Origin: Ramazzottius varieornatus
Lineage: Eukaryota > Animalia > Tardigrada
Reading direction: 5' to 3'
Length of the DNA stretch: 64,000 nucleotides
NCBI GenBank assembly: GCA_001949185.1
Contig: BDGG01000011.1
Location: forward strand, 1,746,423-1,810,422
Of the stretch, positions 37,804 through 49,944 are shown piece by piece (the stretch's first letter is position 1; the number at the start of each line of letters is the position of its first letter). The position numbers were made by a program, and so were the translations under genes. Below the pieces are notes generated by a model that was not told the origin of the DNA, did no database searches, and was given only the letters and a program-made list of their open reading frames with translations.

Positions 37804-40800
37804 TAGCGATAGAGGCATAACTATTAGGCAATCCACACACCGATTGCACACACCACGGTTGCAGGAGGTGGAGTCTGCCCAAGCGTTTTTGCACATTAAC
37901 GCTCATGCGCACTACTCAGCGAATTTCACTCGACTCTACTCGAGCAAATCGACGGTCTAGTCTCACGAATGGGAAGTAGGTCGGTAGCAGTCTACTCGTT
38001 CGAGATCCGTTACCTAATTTCACGGCTTCAATTCTGGGCCAGCTATGCATAAACCATAACGCATGCCAAGCCAACATTCAAAATTACATAAAACCATGCT
38101 TCGACCGACATAATCAAGTAATCAAGTCGCATGCGTCCAGCAGAGTTGCGGCATGGCGAGCAGGCTCGTTGATTTTCCTGATCTTTCAGTATGAAACCGT
38201 CAAACTAGCTACCAGATTTCGAGCGAGTGCACTGTGTTGGTAAATTTCGTCTGTCTTGCGTCACCCTTCTTGCGTGTCCTGACGTCAGACGGGCGCAATT
38301 TAATTATGACCGATTCATTCGCATCAGGTCGACCGAGGTATTACTTTGACTTCCGATGAAAGCTTGAGTTACTTCTCAGTCACGACTTGTACTCTAGCCA
38401 GATCGCTTGCCTTTGCGTGAAGTAATAATAGCCGCCTATGTCAGCAGTCACGTGGTAAATTCCCCAATTTTCATGCGCGTATTTCGCGACAACGCTCTTT
38501 TGAATGTCGGAAAGCCCAACTCCACATAATATGCGACACAGACACGCAAAACGGAGACACAGCCCCTGTACCCCCTGCCGCATCGCACTCCGGCGGCTTC
38601 GCCGCCTCCGTGCTCTGGATCCGCTAGCCTCGCGACTCGTTCACAAACTCATACGGCGAAGTGGCCAGGAGACCAAAAGTACCCCCCACCAGTAGATGAA
38701 ACAGAGCATAGTTCGTCTTAGAAACTCGTACTGGGCGACCGACATCATTCAATTTTGAAGGGGCATTCCGGAACGGTCAACTTACCTTCGGTTTTCTCCC
38801 CCGATAGTTCTTTCAATATCAAAGTTGAATGTTGGCCGTATAGTCGCTCGAGTGCGGGGAATGACTTTCCAGGGCATCCAGACTCAAACTTCAGAGTCTC
38901 CTCCATGATTTTGTTTTCTCACGAAACTATACCGACTACGTGGTACACCAGAAACGAGAAAGTTTATGCAGGACTGGAGGGAAAGTGAAGTCATCTAGCT
39001 ACTACAGCTCACAGCAAACGCGATGTCTGATAAACCGATACGAAACTCCGATAGCTATCTTCTTCGCAAGAATACGTGCTAATGAAAAGTTGTCTAGCTG
39101 GCTCTACAACGAGCGGCACATGAGCCTGAGGGGTAAAATGCACTGGTTAATCGCGCTATCGAGAAATAAAGCTCAGAGAACCCAGACTATGTATATGTCA
39201 TGTGGTCAACGATAACATACATCACCATAGTTTACTAACGTTGCTTACGTTTACGCGCTGCTGATCCGTGTCTATATTTTCTTCGAGTTCTGTACGACCA
39301 ACATCATTCGTCTGCCTGTAACGCTGTTGTAAGTTAACAGCACTACGATGCCAAATTGACTGAATATACTTCTAACACAGTTTGTACGTTGCGGCTGAAA
39401 ACCACATCTGCGTTGATCACTCTGCTCTCAAGGAAAAAGTGAGTGCGTGTTAAGTCTGGGGCAGCCAAGTTGTTCCCATTTTTTCGAGAAGTTGTTTTAT
39501 CCCTCGGAACTTCTCGAACCAAGACAGCCGTATTTGGCACCGAGCAAGCCTATTTCTAAACTTGGAGATTGCGTTTCAGATTGGGTCTCAATCGGGAATA
39601 AAACGAGACCTTCGTAGGCTAAAAAGGTGGTCCGACCCTGAATGGGCGTCCAGCTTCCCTTTAATAAAAAATTAGTTAAGCGTTTCTTCTCTAAGTTTTA
39701 TGTGCATACCGGGGCATCATGATCATCAGACTGTAGAAACATTCGTCTATCATAAAGTATATCCTTCGGAGCGCTCAGAAATCATGATGAAATCATGAAA
39801 TCGTGACCTGTCATCGAGAAAAGCCCACTGGCCTGAAAATTTCCGCGAAGATTGTTCAGACGACGTTTTCTCGAGCCATAACAAGTCTCACAAAGTGATG
39901 CCAATGTCAGAAAATAGCTAACAATCTGGTTTCTCGGTTTGCAGCAAGAATTGCTCGAAGCTCGGTGGACTAAAATACATATTCTATATCAAATTAGACT
40001 CAGTCTGCCCAGCGACGACTGCTTCAAAGCATTCTGACACCTTTACAACAACAAACAAACCATCAGAACAGCTCCATCCTGGGCAGTCACATACTACGAT
40101 TACTGCTCTATCATTGAATAAAATCTCCCCCCTTTTCGTTGACAACAAGGCTCGTGGTACCGCTTTCTCGAAAGGGGAAGATTTACCAGCAAAACCGAAA
40201 ACCAGCAGTTTTAAAGCGAAGTCTTCGCGCGACGTCAATTCAATATTTTTTCTTTCAAGATGACTGAAAAGAACAGCTCTTCTAACACCTTTATCAATGG
40301 CACACAGGTTGGTAGGACTCCGGTTTTAGTTTGCAGACCTCGGTTTATAGCAAGTGTATTGGACCCCTTTGTGGATGATGGTTAAACTTTTTTCGCAAAG
40401 TCAGCCTACACTGGATCGTCTTCCAAAGTGCTCTGAGACATCAGTCATTGTTTGCTGTATTTGGTGGGAAATATCACTTGGATTAAAGGGCCGGAGAATT
40501 TTTGAAGAAAAGAAGACCACCATGGGGACAACTTGGCTACCTCCTACTGTATAGCAGTGTGATAACATGCTGAGCCAAAGAGCAGTGAATGGGAACCGTG
40601 ACAGCTTCGGTTGCAACACCACCTATAGTTTCGCCATGCGAGTTACTTACTGTAACGAAAATTCACTGCGTTCGCGCAGTACGTCATCGTGCACGTTAGG
40701 TACAATCCCGGTCCGGCTTTACTGCCTATTCAACCCCCTACGGTGGTGCATCGTCACGTACGGATACGTACTGCGCGGATATTAGCTAACTAGGTTTGGT

Positions 40801-41572
40801 TAGGTCAAGATATATGGAGCTATGCCTGGTACCGACACTCCTACTATGAGGCTCTGTCCGCCTCTTTAAGTCAGTTGCCCGATGTGGCATGTGTTATGAT
40901 CATAAAGCGATTGGCAAAGTTTGGCGGTTGCGGGAAATAGAGGGCATTGATTGGACTAAGTTTCGAGTAAAGGGACGGAAGCAAGAGACGACAGAACACA
41001 CGGTATGATGCAGGCTAACTGATAAGCCTGGTATGAACAGCCCCACACAGACCGAACATGCAGTGCTGGTGCTCTTTGTCAGGGTTTGGAGATACGTCTC
41101 CGAACCTTGACAGTAAATTCGGTGACTGTCGGAAAATTTTGTAGAACGGTTCAAAATGTTTCTAGAGGACCCGCCTATTTTTCCCCGCCTGCCGGAGTTA
41201 CGCTGGCCAGTGGTCACCATCTGCGTTTCGGTCATAAGACCACAGATCAGGCAAAGAAAAACAGTTGATCCAGACGGGACAAAGTGGGAATTGTGAGGAG
41301 AGGAAAAGTGTCGTGTTGTGATCACAATGAGCACGGTGGTAATCAGAGTGTTAAGGCGTTCGGATGGCCAGACGGATATTGCCACAAAATTCGGATGACC
41401 CGTAAAAGTATCAATCAAACATGACTTGACGTCAACTGGACTGACGCTGTTGGCTCTGCCGCTCTGGGTCCGTCTGATCAACAGTATCGCAATTTTTTTC
41501 CACGCTATATAATCTTTGGTAATGGCGCATACTGCCACCTTCAAACTTAACACTACCAAACGACTCCGCGCA

Positions 41573-41900
41573 CACGCGCTTTGCCTATGTCTCGGCATGG
41601 ACAAAAGTCTCGGCAAGTGATTTTCGGGCCAGCGGCTCCACAATCTCTGTTCATTCAGATTTGAAGCAGAACTGCTTCTGCGTACATTACCGCCCTAAAG
41701 CATACACAAAAAACCGAGAGTTTAATCTGGAATCTTGGACTTTCTCGATTACTCTTCCGGCTACCCCTGCTCGTAGCGCGGTCCTGCAAAACAAGTGAAA
41801 TTTTACGAACCGCCTCGACTGCGGCTTTCAGGTTATCCTCCGCATACTTCCGGCGTTTTCCTGTTTTTTCCGACTCTTACACGATTAGTCATGCCAAGGG
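41573..41900 (-). mobile_element. pogo relic related to 13355-14241
   Basis: The end cacgcgctttgcctatgtctcggcatggacaaaag...cagcggctcc resembles the right end of the 13355 element; the minus strand encodes KRRKYAEDNLKAAVEAVRK. Confidence 0.7.
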
Positions 41901-42724
41901 GTAACTTTCCAGGAAGGTGACTCGTGAGGGAACAAATTCCACGAAACATGAGCAGCTTGAAAATTAATGCAAACTGACAAAATCAATTTCCGATTTTAAC
42001 GTGAAGTCACATGGTTTGAAATTTTTCTCTACGTCCGCCTTTCAGCGCTTTGAGAATAATTTGGTGGTAAAAAACAAGGAGACTTTGTTGTTGAAGTTGG
42101 ACATGAGCCGAATTTCGAAAGCCGTGTTACAACGTAGAAACGAAGTTGAAGTGGGATCCTAAAAGCGGCAATTCCATGCCGATAGATCTGATATGAAGCG
42201 CTCTGTTTCAAAGTATTCAACAGACCAGCATCTGAGACAGGAGGTTGCACCAGACGAACAAGGCAACGTTCGGTGTCTTCCTCCAATAGGAGAGCGCGGT
42301 TTCATCTGCGCGTTGCAGTTCGCGGTACTTTCCTATTATTAAGCCTCACCATACGTAAACGAGTTCTACGCGAATGGAAACGTATGCCGGCCTTCCTGAA
42401 CTCAACACTTGATACATTAGCAATCACTTCACCCAAACCGATTCCAACAACATCGCACGCTCTCCGCCAAAAGCAATGAAACCGTGCAACACTCAGCAAG
42501 GAAATCACCCGAATTCCTTTTCCAAGACGCGGAATCTCTCCCTAAACAACACTCTAACCGTGCGCCACTCGAACCCTAACATGTGAAAAAACAAGGTCAT
42601 TCATGTAAGCTCGAAAGTTAGGAAAGAGGGTTCAGGAATCGGATATCCGACGGACCGCTCTACTGGTGGCCAGCGAAATGAGCTTTGAAGCGTTCAAAGC
42701 GTCCGGAGGTTGGCTTTATAACTA

Positions 42725-44701
42725 CTGTAACCCTTCTAACATCTTTAGTACGTCACTCAAGTTAAATCTACATGTCGCGAAAAAAGAGAGTTTGCAGTGC
42801 TTCAAGCACGCCTACCACAGTGATCTCACAGTTACGTCAGATCTGACAATAGACTGCTGAAATAAGCTAATTTCCAGTTTCCAAATTCCGAATGCGTTTT
42901 GAGAATCCCGGTTCACCACTGATCCTTGTTTCCTCATTCCAACACTTCAGTGTCGACCAACAGTGCTTCTACAGTATCCATGATGGGGAAGGTGCGAAAG
43001 ACGTCATATATCGAGATTAGGAAGAGAAAGAGGATTGTGCAGGAGAAACCGACGTTAGGTCAGAAGGCCTTGATTATCTTCAAGAGAGAAGTGCAACAGG
43101 TAATTTTTGTACAGTACATGAAATTATGCCGTATCCTACGCACTGGATACTGTTCCCGAATTGAGTGGTTCTTGCTGGTTTTTAGGCATCGTTCCAGCAG
43201 ATTGCTGACGAGTGTGGTCTATCGGTATACGGTGTGATAGGGATTTGTCAGAAGAAAGAAGAGATCAGATTCGCGCTGGCGAATGGCGCAAACCCGAACC
43301 GGAAAACGACAAAAGTCAACTTGCAGTTTCCGCAGATTGACGAACAGTGTCTGAAATTCTTAAAAATGGCTCGCGAGAAACGAATCCCAGTTCGCCCAGT
43401 TTTCCTCATGAACGTCGCTACGTTTGTTGCGTCGACTTTAGCAATTGCCGACTTTCGATGCAGCTGGGGATGGTACGATAAGTTCTGTGGTCGCCACAAC
43501 GTGAACCTCAAACAGCTTCATGGTAACTTTTAACTTACTCTAGTTATATTTCATGTGAGAGAACTGTGCGAAGGCTGGGGAATAACCGAGGAACACTTTG
43601 ATTTTCACAGGAGAGGAATCTAGTAGATTTGATAGCCTTAGAGGAGTGGCTCACCGTTGACTTGCCAGCCCTTTTGGAACTTATCCATCCGGAGAATATT
43701 TGGAACTGCGATGAGACCGGAATATGGTGGAGGAATGCCGGGACCAAGTCTCTTTTTTTTGGCAATAAACAGGACAAAGGAATCAAGATAGCGAAGGATC
43801 GAATTACGGCTCATATATCTGTTTCCGGCGGAGGGCGCAAGCTTCCTCTATGGATCATCAGTAAGTTTGGAACTAGAAAAATTTGAGGTTTGAAATTACA
43901 AAGAGCAGAAGACAAATTCAAATTCTTGTCGGTTATGGATACATCTGCTCAGCCTCGATCTTTCGAACGGAATGCAGTATTCAACATCAACTCCGACGAC
44001 TACGGTTTCAACTATTCGTACAACAAGACTGCCTGGATGACTACGGTCATCTTTGAAGAATACTTGGACTGGTTTAACGCTTTAATGGTCAAGGAAGAAC
44101 GTCACATTCTGCTCCTAGTGGACAATTTTTCTGGACACAACGTCGCTTCTCGTCCCAACATAGAGCTACGGTTTTTGCCGCCTAACTGTACCGCAAAAGC
44201 GCAGCCATGCGATGCGGGCATTATAAAATGTCTGAAAGACGAGTACAAAAAGTTTCTTTATAAACGAGTGTTCACAAATATGCAGTATGTAAGCAACGTT
44301 GAAAGTTTTGTGAAAGGCCTGACGATTTTCGATGCAGTGGATTGGCTGGTAGAAGCGTGGAAACTCGTGAAGCCGTCGAATATTGTTAACTGCTTTCATA
44401 AGTGCAAGATTGTAGATGAGCTGTGGATGGATGTGCCAGTTGAAGAACCGTCGGAAACTGAGCTGATACGGATTTCTCAATTTGCAGAAAATGTGGTTGG
44501 CTTCGACGATGATGTAAGCTGAACACTTTTTTACTTCCCGTCATTTCTCTCTACTCGGCTGATACTTCCATGTTTCCAACGTTTTTTATCTGTTGCTGAG
44601 GTTGCTCTGACGTAACTGTAATCTGACCAAGCGGTTGCCTTCGTAATGCTTCTCTTAAGCAAAAGACCAGTGACGTACTAAAGATGTTAGAAGGGTTACA
44701 G
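42725..44701 (+). mobile_element. Tigger-like pogo element, near full length, with an intron-containing DD29D transposase
   Basis: Perfect 33-bp TIR CTGTAACCCTTCTAACATCTTTAGTACGTCACT with TA TSD. CDS ~42981-44522 contains the HTH (SWGWYDKFCGRH), WNCDETG and LLVDNFSGH..QPCDAGII. Confidence 0.95.
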
Positions 44702-45607
44702 TATCAGAAGCGACACGACATCGTGCAAAGATCTCCCACGCAAATAGGGAGACAATTCAACATGACCTATGAAGATATAGTAAGTTTGTTCTTCGATATT
44801 AAATTTGAACCTCTGACGTCAGCTCAAAATGATAATTGCCTCTCAGCTTCCCTTATTGATCCTTGCATGAGAAATGGAGTCGTGCGTATATTGAACACTT
44901 TTCGTTCTTAAAGGAGATAGAGGCACAGTTTCTGGAAATGGTGGAAGAAATGGTCACCCTGAACAGCACCCCGCCGAGTAGACTGATCAACTTCGACGAA
45001 ACCTCTGTAAAGCTTTAAAACACTCACAAGAAAACGCTGTCGCCGAGAGGAGCAAAAGAAGTAAACGTGTTAGATCCGAACGGGCTAAAAGGAAACTTCA
45101 CAGTGGGTTCAGCGATTGCTGCCGACGGATACAAATTCCCCGCCGTGGTTATCTTCAAGGGGAACAAGAAGACTGGGAAGCTGTCTCAGAGTATTCTTGA
45201 GAATTTGGACATCCCGGAAAACGTTGTGGTTTTTAGTACGAGTAAGTCCGGTGTTTCGCGTTTTTTTATCGAACAGCACTTTCGGTCGGAAACAGTAAAT
45301 CCAAGCACTCCGAGGTTGCAGCCTCCGGATGGTGGCAGTCTAGTCTGGATATCCAATGGGTTGAGTCCACCTTTAACGAGAACGACCAAGGAAGCTACTT
45401 GTTTAGGGACCACGCGCCGGCGCGTTTGAGTTATGAAAGCCAGGCGCTGCTGGAGAGTAAGGGAATGGAGCAAATTTTTATTCCGAAAGGGCTGACTGGT
45501 AAGTACCAGCTACTTGATGTAGGCGTCAACTATCCATTCAAGTGTTACTTGAAGCAGTCCTGTCATCATTGGAGAGACAACTGCACGGAAATTACCAAGA
45601 AGGGCTA

Positions 45608-45734
45608 CGAGAGAGAGGTTATTGAGTTAGCCGGCTGAAAGAACGGTTGTTGATTCAGCCGCTATTCATTAGGAGTAGGCCTTCAGAAGGCCTACTCGCC
45701 CCAGCATATGGCTAACTCAACAACCGCTCCCTCG
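45608..45734. mobile_element. mariner-type MITE inserted in the pogo CDS
   Basis: TA|CGAGAGAGAGGTTATTGAGTTAGCC...GGCTAACTCAACAACCGCTCCCTCG|TA; removing it restores KKGYLKKPSRQ. Confidence 0.9.
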
Positions 45735-47935
45735 TACCTCAAAAAACCCTCACGTCAAGAATTTCTTTATTTCGTGTCTAAAGCCTGGGATAGGATCAAA
45801 ACTTCCACCGTAGAAATCTCTTCTGTTGCTGCGAATGTTTTACCTGAACCCCTGTACATGTTAGCCGATGAGAACGTTGAAGATCTAAACTGTACTCTCG
45901 AATGCAGCTTTACCTCTGTGGAAGACAACTGACTTACTGAGAAAGCCCGTCTGAAAGGCAGTGTATTGTACCATGGATTTTTGAGTTGCCGAATTAAATA
46001 ATTTGGGGTCCGACGGACAAAATTAACGCGTATGATGACGTGGTGCGTGAGATTCAAGACGCGTTACAGTACCTTCACAAGGTCAGAAGAAAACTCGGCG
46101 TACACAATACTCGTACAAAAGTACGTATAAAACGTAACATATACAAACCAAATACGTACGAACACTTACAAAATTTACCGCAGTGCATACAAGAAGATCA
46201 AAATTAACGGCGCATAGACACCACCTTATCGGGCCAAGCAAAGCAAAGCCCTTATGGATGCCAAAAGTAAATACAAACGATTGGCTACAAAGATGCAGAG
46301 AGTGGAGCTCGATGCCAACAGAACTGGCTATTTGCAGCCATGCTCCCATCAGAACCGCCTTTTGTTTTCAGTCCTAGTTAAGTGGCTGTCGAGCCAGTTT
46401 AATATCAGTATCCCTCGTCAACCTGTGGGAAACTGGCTCAGGAACCTCTTACTCAGTAAGAACCCGCAGTTTGTCACGAATGAAAATAACGTTCGTATTT
46501 TAGTCATACTTTTTTATGGGTAACGCTTTCTTGTTCTAGTGTGATGTTCTTTCAAAACACCTTCCCCTGTTGCCACGAGCTTTTCATATTAAAATAAACT
46601 AATGTTTCTGTCGCTAAACCTCAGCCAACCGTCGGCTTCCCAGTGAAGCTGAGGGTTTTGCGAGGTAAACCCGATGTGCTGATGTCGCACCAGCACAAAC
46701 CATAAAAAAATCCAGACGGTTCTGTGATTTAACCCGACGGAGAGGCGGAGATAATTTAAACTTCATTTTTGACTGGCGGTCGTGCTGTTTCCGGCTGCCT
46801 GTTAACTATCGCGAAATTTCGTCTTGAAAAATCCACAGGTTCGATTTTCTCCGACATGGTGTTTATCTCGTCCATTCTGTTCCGTAAGCCAAGCCTCGTC
46901 GGTCATTCGGGACACACAGTGCTTGGGAAGGGAGTTCGGTAGTCAGACAACGGACGGAGGGAGCACGGAGTCTGCGATGACAAGTTTTCGCAGCTGATGC
47001 AATCGCTGCAAATTGCTCGAACGGCCCGATCATCACTGCACTATTTCCAGGGTACCGTATGCTTCCTGATGTTACTTTTCATACCAGGAACTGTCGCGAA
47101 GCCTCGCGGCGTCTGGCTTTAATAATATGGAACTGATATATGGAACTCGCTCAAGTCCTAGGTGGCAGTCGGGTCTTGGAAATGTGCTCTCCAGCGATAT
47201 CGCTCCCGAATGATCGATCACTCAATCAGGTAAAAAAAACATTGTGCGAGTTGTGTCAGTTGATTTTCTATAGTTTAGGACTGGCTGAACAGCCAGAATC
47301 CATACTGCTTCGTTACCACCAGATCTTATGGTTTCAGGGTTCATGCGGGCAGCCCTGTTCTCGAAGTTGCTGGAACATCGAAGTTGCTGAAACATCTCAA
47401 GTCAAGTCTGCATATCACCTGAATGTCTTCGTCGTATTTTTCCTACCTTAGGCTGCTGTTTTCCTGAGCGATATCGCTTCCTCCGTTGGATTTCCTGCAT
47501 CAAGCTTTATTACGCTTCCTAGATTTCTGAATTTCTGCCTCCTTTCTTCTTTCTGTCGTTGTATACGGATGTGAGGAGCATTGAAGTAGAAAATAATAAA
47601 AATCATCATTTTGGGTTTTGTGAGGGTTTTGGTCCCAGTAAAAACCATGAAAAATTCAGAACTTTTTTATGTTGCATTGACAGAATTTTGACAGCAATGA
47701 TCCAGTAAGTCTTTTTTCAGGTCGTAATTTAGGTTCTGACAGGTTTTCCCGCATGACCCTTACTGGATCCTCGAGGATTCAAGTCTGGTCGATCAATGGT
47801 TTGCGAGGCTGTGGCATCAGGTAGAGGCCTGGGCCGCAGGTCAGAAAGTGCGCTCCAACTGCGCTGCGTCGAGTGCTAGTCCGCTGCACGCTTCGGTGCG
47901 CTGCCAGATTTTCCCAAAAATGGCTAGGCAGCTGT

Positions 47936-48004
47936 GCTGCAAGTCCAAGTTACTCCGTTGCTACTGCGCTGCAAGTCCAAGTTACTCCGTTGCTACTGCG
48001 CTGC
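47936..48004. repeat. 32-bp tandem duplication within a GCTGC/GCAGC-rich element
   Basis: gctgcaagtccaagttactccgttgctactgc occurs twice in tandem. Confidence 0.85.
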
Positions 48005-48293
48005 ACACCAATAAATCCAAGAAATTTAAGGTGTTGTCAGCGGATTTTGTGGCGAAGTCGGTAACAAAACAGCGCGAAACGCGTAAAAACTCGAGTGTTT
48101 TAGGTCCAATAACCGAAATTTTTACGATTTTTACGGTTTACTGTCCAATGTTCCTGCGCGGCGTTGGATAACTGAACGCTCCACGCTGTGCAGCGCTGCA
48201 CAAAATTCTCGAAACGTACGTTGCAGCAGTGATGCAGCGCAGTGCAGCGTACGCGGCCAGATCCCGGACTCTAACTTCAGGGTTCTGTCACTA

Positions 48294-48611
48294 CGAGGGC
48301 GAGGTTGCAAAGTTAGCCGGGTGGTGCTGGAGTTGTAAAGTTAACCACCGCTGAGGCATGCTTCGCTTGATTGACCATTTGATTGTCGACCTAGGCTATT
48401 CAGCATGGGATTCGGCCGTTTCTTAACTTGATGATGGCTCAGATCTTCTGACACCTTTCGTCGACTGCAATTGATAATGTTCAACAGCTTGAAGTGTGAG
48501 CTACAGATTTGTCGAGAAACACTTTGGAATCTGATAGAAAACGCTGCAGGAATTGGATCACTAACTTTACAACTGCAGTATAGGCCGGCTAACTTTACAA
48601 CCTCGCCCTCG
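48294..48611. mobile_element. mariner-type MITE
   Basis: TA|CGAGGGCGAGGTTGCAAAGTTAGCCGG ... CCGGCTAACTTTACAACCTCGCCCTCG|TA. Confidence 0.88.
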
Positions 48612-48797
48612 TACCTTTTGTTCGGTTTAATCGCGACAGTAGTCTTCAGTTTTCACTTTTTAGCATAACGGCCCGGACGGCACGCCAAGTCGCCATTTTC
48701 TATCAGCGTCCACTCACTTGATCTTGCGACTTTGCTTGCTCAGCAAACCGCACAGCCAAGGTGGAACTCGAACTGAAACTCAACGAACTTATCTCTA

Positions 48798-49114
48798 CAA
48801 GGTAAAACGTGTAAACTCAGCCGGCCTGTACCAGACTTGTAAGGTTAGCCATCCAAACTTGCCTGTTCTTTCGCACTAATTCCCGAATGTTTATGGGCAG
48901 GTTGATAGACAAAACAACGGGTTGTCGAATGGTATGAATCGCAATCAACGTGAAGATTCACAGAATCCGGGGGATTTTCAACTCCGAAACAAAAAAACCC
49001 TATGTTAAAGAGCCTGGACCGACACTCAACTAACCAATCAAGCACTGCGCGACACAGCAGTGGCTAACTTTACAAGTCCGGTACACGCCGGCTAACTTTA
49101 CACGTTTTACCTCG
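48798..49114. mobile_element. mariner-type MITE
   Basis: TA|CAAGGTAAAACGTGTAAACTCAGCCGG ... CCGGCTAACTTTACACGTTTTACCTCG|TA, arms of ~55 bp. Confidence 0.85.
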
Positions 49115-49944
49115 TACAGCGATGCATGATGCGGTGAACATCTACCTGTCTCCCATTCGACTGTTCTTTCGTTTAGTCATACTCGGTTCTCCTGTGCGTG
49201 GGTGAAATCAGAATGGCTTTACTGAAGATTACAGGTGGTACCTCGGTGGAGGCGATTGTAAAGTTCTACTGATAGCTGCAGTAAACCAAGCTCCCTGGAT
49301 TACGTCCCATCAAATTTTAATTTTAAATTGTGCTGGTTACATCTCATACAGTAGTAAGCGTCATTCTGTTCTACAGGATCGATGACCCCATGCGTTTGTA
49401 CTGCCGTTTGTGGTATCGCCACCAGTGCTTCTTTGTCTGATGCGTCTTGTACCTTTGATGGATAATTATCTCGGAAACCGTTCCTGCCGTCTTGCGAGTT
49501 CTGCCTACCGCAGAAAGACTACACGCCAAAGAGACATCCAGGATTTCATGGCCAACAGCCGGGAAATTAGGCAGGATTTCGCGACGGAAAGGTTGTACAG
49601 ACTACGATCCGCGTTCTTGACCAAGTCAATGATATCCTGTCGACGGCACATTCAGCATTCGGAACAAGCAGATGAATTGGAAATCGTGGTGGCAATATTG
49701 TTCCAGGTCTTTTGTAAATTCTATACCGGGCAGAGCTGCGACTAGCTGAAAACCACCCTTTCATTTCTCAATAAAAACAAGCAAAAAGTAGCAAAGACTG
49801 TAAAAAGTATGAAACGTGAATCAAATTTAAAATATCACTCAGCTGTAATGTATCCCCTGCACTGCACCGCAATATTCTCTCAAAGTAGTGGGCGTATGCA
49901 AAACGCAATTTAAAAGCATTGCTATAATGCGGAAGTAGATTTGC

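Larger units (their letters stand above)
42595..46069 (+). mobile_element. POGK/Passer-like pogo transposase pseudogene (host of two insertions)
   Basis: HTH FKASGGWLYNY|QKRHDIVQR, then INFDET, an in-frame TAA at ~45016, FRDHAP..IPKGLTGKYQLLDVGVNYPFK and GY|LKKPSRQ. GT-AG introns. Pogo-like right end ...gacgcgttacag|TA. Confidence 0.88.

Noticed and set aside
38380-38910. Possible small spliced gene on the minus strand (MEETLKF... / VVAKYAHENWGIYHV)
   Set aside because: I could not build a consistent exon chain or recognise a family.
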